DNA of 63,884 bases, taken from an uncultured Rhodospirillaceae bacterium (GTDB taxonomy: Bacteria; Pseudomonadota; Alphaproteobacteria; UBA9219). The stretch's first letter is position 1. Every line of letters begins with the position of its first letter. The stretch is taken from the NCBI GenBank assembly GCA_964652235.1, contig CAZZDK010000012.1, forward strand, positions 1-63,884, read 5' to 3'. The translations under genes and the position numbers were made by a program. A model generated the notes under the pieces. That model did no database searches and had not been told where the DNA came from. It worked only from the letters and a program-made list of their open reading frames with translations. Below are positions 59,076 through 63,884 of this stretch, in pieces.

Positions 59076-59474
59076 ATGAATACGCTACAGAAATTCGAGC
59101 AGCAGCAGATCGAAAAGCTGGCCGCCAAGGTTCCCGATTTTGCCCCCGGCGATACGGTCCGCGTGAACGTCAAGGTCGTCGAAGGCACCCGTGAGCGCGT
59201 GCAAGCCTATGAAGGCGTGTGCATCGCGATCAAAAAGGCGGGCATCAATTCGTCCTTTACCGTCCGCAAGATCAGCTACGGCGAAGGCGTGGAGCGCGTA
59301 TTTCCGCTCTATAGCCCGCGCCTCGATTCCATCGTTCTGGTCCGTCGCGGCGATGTGCGGCGCGCCAAGCTTTATTATCTGCGCGGGTTGCGCGGCAAAA
59401 AAGCCCGTATCACGGAAAAAACCAATTACAACGTTCAGGCCGACGCGCCGGCGGCGGAAGAAGCGGCTTCGTAA
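59076..59474 (+). CDS. rplS: 50S ribosomal protein L19
   Basis: [25 protein letters not shown]. Confidence 0.98.
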   Translation: MNTLQKFEQQQIEKLAAKVPDFAPGDTVRVNVKVVEGTRERVQAYEGVCIAIKKAGINSSFTVRKISYGEGVERVFPLYSPRLDSIVLVRRGDVRRAKLYYLRGLRGKKARITEKTNYNVQADAPAAEEAAS

Positions 59475-59494
59475 AGTTCAAGCAAGGGGATCCC

Positions 59495-59530
59495 CAAAAA
59501 CCCTTCCCGGCCTGCCGGGAGGGGTTTTTG
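59495..59530 (+). terminator. Intrinsic terminator after rplS
   Basis: CAAAAACCCTTCCCGGC/GCCGGGAGGGGTTTTTG. Confidence 0.8.
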
Positions 59531-59559
59531 TTTGGGCGCAAAGGATGATAGAAAGAGCC

Positions 59560-60819
59560 ATGACAGAGGAGACAGCGCCTTTAACCATCGAAGAATTCGC
59601 CGCGCTTCTCGCGCCCCTTTTGCCTGCGGGCGAGGAGGCGGCTTTGGCCGTTTCCGGGGGGCCGGACAGCCTGGCGCTGGCTTGGTGCGCGAAAAGGGCC
59701 GGAATTCCTTGCCGCGCTTTTATTGTCGATCACAAATTGAGGCCCGAATCTTCGGACGAAGCGCAAGAAGTCCGAAAGCGCCTGGCGGCGATGGGAATCG
59801 AAGCCGAGATTCTGGTCTGGGACCACGGCGCGTTGGAAAGCCGTATTCATGTCGAAGCGCGCCGGGGGCGTTATGCGCTGCTTATCGAAGCCTGTAAAAG
59901 GCGCGGCTGTAAAAATCTTCTTCTTGCCCATCACCGGGACGATCAGGCGGAAACGATCCTGATGCGCCTTTCCAAAGGCAGCGGGATCGAAGGACTCGGT
60001 GGCATGACGGCGGTCAAGGAAATGAACGGCGTTCGGCTTTTGCGGCCCTTTCTTTCCGTTCCCAAGGCCCGGCTTGTCGCGACGTGCGAGGCGGCGGGGC
60101 TTTCTTTCGTAAGGGACCCCAGCAACGAAAAGGAAAAATACGCGCGCGGACGGTTACGGCGCGTGATGGGTTCTTTGGCCGAAGAGGGGCTGACGGTCGA
60201 GCGGCTTTTGGATTTGGGCGAACGCGCCGCCGAAGCCGCCGCCGCCATCGACCATTACGCCAAAAAGTTCCTGCAAACGGCGGCGGTCGATTTAAGCGGC
60301 GCGGTTTCTTTTGAGGCCGGGGCGTTTGAAAAACTGCCGCAGGCGGTTGCTCTCAAGGTCTTGAGCCTTTGTTTCCTCACGATCCGTCCGGCGCCTTTTG
60401 CGCCGGAGAGAAAAAAATTGCTCGCGCTTTATCGCCATCTCTTAAACGACCGACAAACCACCCAAACTCTCGGCGGTATTTTAGCGCGGCGGAAAAAAGA
60501 CATCCTGCTTTTCCGGCGCGAACCCGCAAGCGTAATAGACTCTCAATCCATTGCGCCGGGCCAGACGATCTTGTGGGACGGAAGGTGGGGCGTCGCCTTT
60601 TCCGGCGGCCAAGGCGGCGAAATCCGCCCCCTTGGCTTTCAGCCGCATACGGTTTTGGACGCTCTCGCGCCGGGACTTAGAAAAAAGCTGCCGCAGGGCC
60701 GCGCTCGCGCCGTTTTGCCCGCCTTGTGGCGGGAAGGAAAGCTGACGGCGATTCCTTCCTTCTCTAAGGAAAAACAAGGGGGTTTTGCGGCCTCTCTTTT
60801 GCCGCCTTTGTGGCGTTGA
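59560..60819 (+). CDS. tilS: tRNA(Ile)-lysidine synthetase
   Basis: AVSGGPDS, AHHRDDQAET, DPSN. Confidence 0.95.
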   Translation: MTEETAPLTIEEFAALLAPLLPAGEEAALAVSGGPDSLALAWCAKRAGIPCRAFIVDHKLRPESSDEAQEVRKRLAAMGIEAEILVWDHGALESRIHVEARRGRYALLIEACKRRGCKNLLLAHHRDDQAETILMRLSKGSGIEGLGGMTAVKEMNGVRLLRPFLSVPKARLVATCEAAGLSFVRDPSNEKEKYARGRLRRVMGSLAEEGLTVERLLDLGERAAEAAAAIDHYAKKFLQTAAVDLSGAVSFEAGAFEKLPQAVALKVLSLCFLTIRPAPFAPERKKLLALYRHLLNDRQTTQTLGGILARRKKDILLFRREPASVIDSQSIAPGQTILWDGRWGVAFSGGQGGEIRPLGFQPHTVLDALAPGLRKKLPQGRARAVLPALWREGKLTAIPSFSKEKQGGFAASLLPPLWR

Positions 60820-60858
60820 TTGGTTGCAATGCCATCCGTCCTTCCTATATATAGAGTC

Positions 60859-60893
60859 TCTGACATCTGACATCCGGTATCTGACATCCGATG
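60859..60893 (+). repeat. Five tandem heptamers abutting the ftsH start
   Basis: TCTGACA TCTGACA TCCGGTA TCTGACA TCCGATG. Confidence 0.8.
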
Positions 60894-62807
60894 AACGGCT
60901 CCGCCAAAAATATCCTCGTCCTGATCCTGATCGGCTTTATGCTGATGGCCCTGTTCAATCTGCTGCAGGGGCCGGGCGGTCTGCCGGGCCAGGCCATGAT
61001 GCCTTTCAGCGATTTCGTCGCGCGGGTGGAGGAGGGCAAGGTCGCCGACGTGACGCTTAAAGGAAGCCTGGTTTTAGGACATATGACGGACGGGGGCGCT
61101 CCTTTTGCGACCTATCTGCCCGAGGGCGCGAACGTGATGGATCGGCTTTTGGCGCGAGGCGTGAAGGTCGTCGCGCAGCCCGACACGTCCGCCGAGCCGA
61201 CCTTTTGGGGCGTTCTTATCTCTTCCTGGCCGATGCTGCTGATGATCGCGGTCTATGTGTTCTTTATGCGCCAGATGAACAATGCGGGCGGGAAGGCCAT
61301 GGGCTTTGGCCGCTCCAAGGCGCGTATGCTGACCGAGAAAACCGGCAAGGTGACGTTCGAAGACGTGGCGGGCGTTGAGGAAGCCAAGGCCGAACTTCAG
61401 GAGGTGGTCGAGTTTCTGCGCGATCCCCAGAAATTTCAGAAGCTCGGCGGCAAGATCCCCAAGGGCGTATTGCTCGTCGGGCCGCCGGGAACGGGCAAAA
61501 CGCTCATCGCGCGGGCCGTGGCGGGCGAGGCGAACGTGCCGTTCTTCACGATTTCCGGTTCGGATTTCGTTGAGATGTTCGTCGGCGTGGGCGCAAGCCG
61601 CGTACGCGATATGTTCGAGCAGGGCAAGAAAAACGCGCCTTGCATCATCTTTATCGACGAAATCGACGCGGTCGGCCGCCATCGCGGCGCGGGCCTCGGC
61701 GGCGGCAACGACGAGCGCGAACAGACGCTCAACCAGTTGCTCGTGGAGATGGACGGATTCGAGGCGAACGAAGGCGTGATCCTGATCGCCGCGACGAACA
61801 GGCCGGACGTGCTCGACCCCGCTCTGCTGCGTCCGGGGCGCTTCGACCGCCAGGTCGTCGTGCCCAACCCCGACATTCTGGGGCGCGAGCGCATTTTGAA
61901 GGTTCATATGCGCAAAGTCCCGTTGGCGGCGGACGTGGATTCGCGCGTGATTGCGCGGGGCACGCCCGGTTTTTCGGGCGCGGACCTCGCCAATCTTGTC
62001 AACGAAGCGGCGCTTCAGGCCGCCCGGACGGGCAAAGCGGCGGTCGGGATGGCGGATTTCGAATCCGCGAAAGATAAAGTCATGATGGGGGCCGAGCGCC
62101 GCTCGATGGTCATGACGGAAAAAGAACGTAAATTGACCGCCTATCACGAGGCGGGCCACGCGCTTGTGAGCCTTAACGTGCCCGACGCCGATCCCCTTCA
62201 TAAGGTGACGATTATTCCGCGCGGACGTGCGCTCGGCGTGACGATGAACCTGCCGGAGCGCGACAAATACAGCCAGACGCAGGGCGAGCTCGAATCCCGC
62301 CTGGCCGTTCTGTTCGGCGGCAGGATCGCCGAGGAGATAACCTTCGGCAAAGAAAACGTGACGACGGGCGCGAGCAACGACATCTTGCAGGCCACGAGCA
62401 TCGCGCGGCGAATGGTCACCGAGTTCGGTATGTCCGACAAATTGGGCCGCGTGCGCTACAGCGCGAACGAACAGGAGGTCTTTCTGGGCCATTCCGTCGC
62501 GCAACAACAGAATATGTCCGAAGAGACCGCGCGGCTGGTGGACGAGGAAATTCGCCGTCTGATCGACGCGGCGGAAGGACGGGCGCGGGACATCTTGACG
62601 ACGCGAAAGGCCGATTTGGAAAAACTGGCCGAGGCGCTTTTGGAATATGAAACCTTGTCCGGCGAGGAAGTGGCGGCGCTTTTGCGCGGCGAAGATATTC
62701 GCACGCGGGACAAGGTGGCCAAGCCCCCCGCCTCGGACGCGCCGTCTTCCGTGCGTCGCGGCTCGGTGCCGCCTGTGCAGCCGGAAACGACATCCATCGT
62801 AGTATAG
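60891..62807 (+). CDS. ftsH: ATP-dependent metalloprotease FtsH
   Basis: Two TMs, [11 protein letters not shown] motif, HEAGH. Confidence 0.98.
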   Translation: MNGSAKNILVLILIGFMLMALFNLLQGPGGLPGQAMMPFSDFVARVEEGKVADVTLKGSLVLGHMTDGGAPFATYLPEGANVMDRLLARGVKVVAQPDTSAEPTFWGVLISSWPMLLMIAVYVFFMRQMNNAGGKAMGFGRSKARMLTEKTGKVTFEDVAGVEEAKAELQEVVEFLRDPQKFQKLGGKIPKGVLLVGPPGTGKTLIARAVAGEANVPFFTISGSDFVEMFVGVGASRVRDMFEQGKKNAPCIIFIDEIDAVGRHRGAGLGGGNDEREQTLNQLLVEMDGFEANEGVILIAATNRPDVLDPALLRPGRFDRQVVVPNPDILGRERILKVHMRKVPLAADVDSRVIARGTPGFSGADLANLVNEAALQAARTGKAAVGMADFESAKDKVMMGAERRSMVMTEKERKLTAYHEAGHALVSLNVPDADPLHKVTIIPRGRALGVTMNLPERDKYSQTQGELESRLAVLFGGRIAEEITFGKENVTTGASNDILQATSIARRMVTEFGMSDKLGRVRYSANEQEVFLGHSVAQQQNMSEETARLVDEEIRRLIDAAEGRARDILTTRKADLEKLAEALLEYETLSGEEVAALLRGEDIRTRDKVAKPPASDAPSSVRRGSVPPVQPETTSIVV

Positions 62808-63018
62808 AAGGAAGGCCGAGCCGTCCCTGGTTATCACGGCAAGTCCTCGCACCCCAAGCGGGGCAGGAATTGGCGTAGAGCGCATACAATCAAAACCTTT
62901 TAATCGAGAAGAAAGAATTTATTAACCGTCCGGTCCGGATTCTTTTTCGAAAGGACCCTGACAAACAAGACGGACGGGGCTTCGAGTCCTGAGAGGCAAA
63001 TAAAATAAGGAGGGGGCC

Positions 63019-63884
63019 ATGGCCAAGCTTACAATCGCGATGAAGCAATCCATAACTCTTGCGACGGTTCTCGTTGGATTTCTCATGCTGGGAATCTACA
63101 GCCTGAATTATACGCATGAACTCCTCATGAAAGACCGCGAACAGGAAATCAAACATCTCGGAGAAACAGCCGTCGGCATACTGGCTCATTTTCAGGCTCT
63201 TGCCGACAGGGGAGAGTTGTCGAGGGAACAGGCCCAAAAAAAGGCCTTTGACGCCATGAGGGACATTCGTTTCGGCAAAAACGATTATTTCTTCGCCTAT
63301 GAATGGTCGGGCATCAACAGAATGCTGGGGCCGAGAAAAGAGTTCGAGGGAACGAACAGAATGGAAGCGACGGACGTCGAAGGCGTTCCTTATATCAAGC
63401 TGTTGATAGAAAAAGCCAAGCAGGGAGGAGGTGCCGTTTCCTACCGGTTCCCGAAAGAAGGCCAGAAGGAGGCGAGTCCGAAACTAAGCTATAGTATGCC
63501 TTTTGCGCCTTGGGAGATGCTTATAGCGACGGGCGTTTATATCGACGACATTGACGAGACGTTCTGGAATTTAGCGAAGAAATTCGGTCTTGTGGCGATA
63601 GGGCTTTTTTTGGTGATCGGCTTCATCGTCGCTGTCATTTCGCGCAGCATTGCGAAGCCCTTGGCCCGGATTACTAAAGTCATGAATGTTTTGGCCAACG
63701 GCGATTTGACGGTCGAGGTTCCGTACACGCAAAAGAAGGACGAGATCGGGCAAATGGCTCAGGCCGTCTTGGTGTTCAAGGAAAACGCGATCAAAGTCGA
63801 GGCCCTACGCAAGGAACAAAAAGAGGCGGAGATACGCGCCGCGCAGGAACGCAGGCAGGCCGTGCTGAAGATGGCCAGCGATTT
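63019..63884 (+). CDS. Methyl-accepting chemotaxis protein (single Cache plus HAMP), runs off the window end
   Basis: Own translation: TM, DYFFAY, PK.SY...F.PW...IATGVYIDD, TM, KPL...DEIG.MA.A..VFK; AGGAGG RBS. Confidence 0.85.
   Translation, partial: MAKLTIAMKQSITLATVLVGFLMLGIYSLNYTHELLMKDREQEIKHLGETAVGILAHFQALADRGELSREQAQKKAFDAMRDIRFGKNDYFFAYEWSGINRMLGPRKEFEGTNRMEATDVEGVPYIKLLIEKAKQGGGAVSYRFPKEGQKEASPKLSYSMPFAPWEMLIATGVYIDDIDETFWNLAKKFGLVAIGLFLVIGFIVAVISRSIAKPLARITKVMNVLANGDLTVEVPYTQKKDEIGQMAQAVLVFKENAIKVEALRKEQKEAEIRAAQERRQAVLKMASD

Noticed and set aside
29915-62885. Long antisense ORFs (e.g. 29915-31393, 33499-34872, 44787-46490, 55830-57236, 61074-62885)
   Set aside because: Shadows of well-supported genes, expected from GC-rich codon bias; no recognisable motifs
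62808-62890. Possible structured RNA or tRNA remnant after ftsH
   Set aside because: No cloverleaf, T-loop or recognisable family motif

Overview
Chromosomal window of a GC-rich alphaproteobacterium, judged from the gene set (rcdA with a CtrA box, lptCAB-rpoN-hpf-ptsN, ffs-dnaX-ybaB-recR, ffh-rpsP-rimM-trmD-rplS, tilS-ftsH). The first ~16.4 kb is a more AT-rich composite island around tRNA-Arg(CCT), made of two elements. Element 1 carries a Rep_trans-type initiator with its nick-site hairpin, a serine recombinase whose ORF ends inside the tRNA, a putative NADase (Tox-ARC-like) toxin/immunity pair and an acyltransferase-DUF2726 fusion. Element 2 is phage-satellite-like (xis, primase-helicase, iterons, tyrosine integrase, C5-MTase plus HNH nuclease). 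It appears to have entered the tRNA anticodon loop, leaving a decayed 5' half of a different tRNA-Arg allele with its own promoter at the far end. Each element carries a homologous C4-type antisense-RNA cassette with its own compensatorily changed target/antisense code, in front of envelope cargo rather than phage antirepressor genes. The backbone holds a Wzy-type exopolysaccharide cluster, three further RNA genes and five dispersed copies of a ~178-bp hairpin element that abuts stop codons and contributes C-terminal codons to two genes. All family assignments are by motif recognition; no database search was run.
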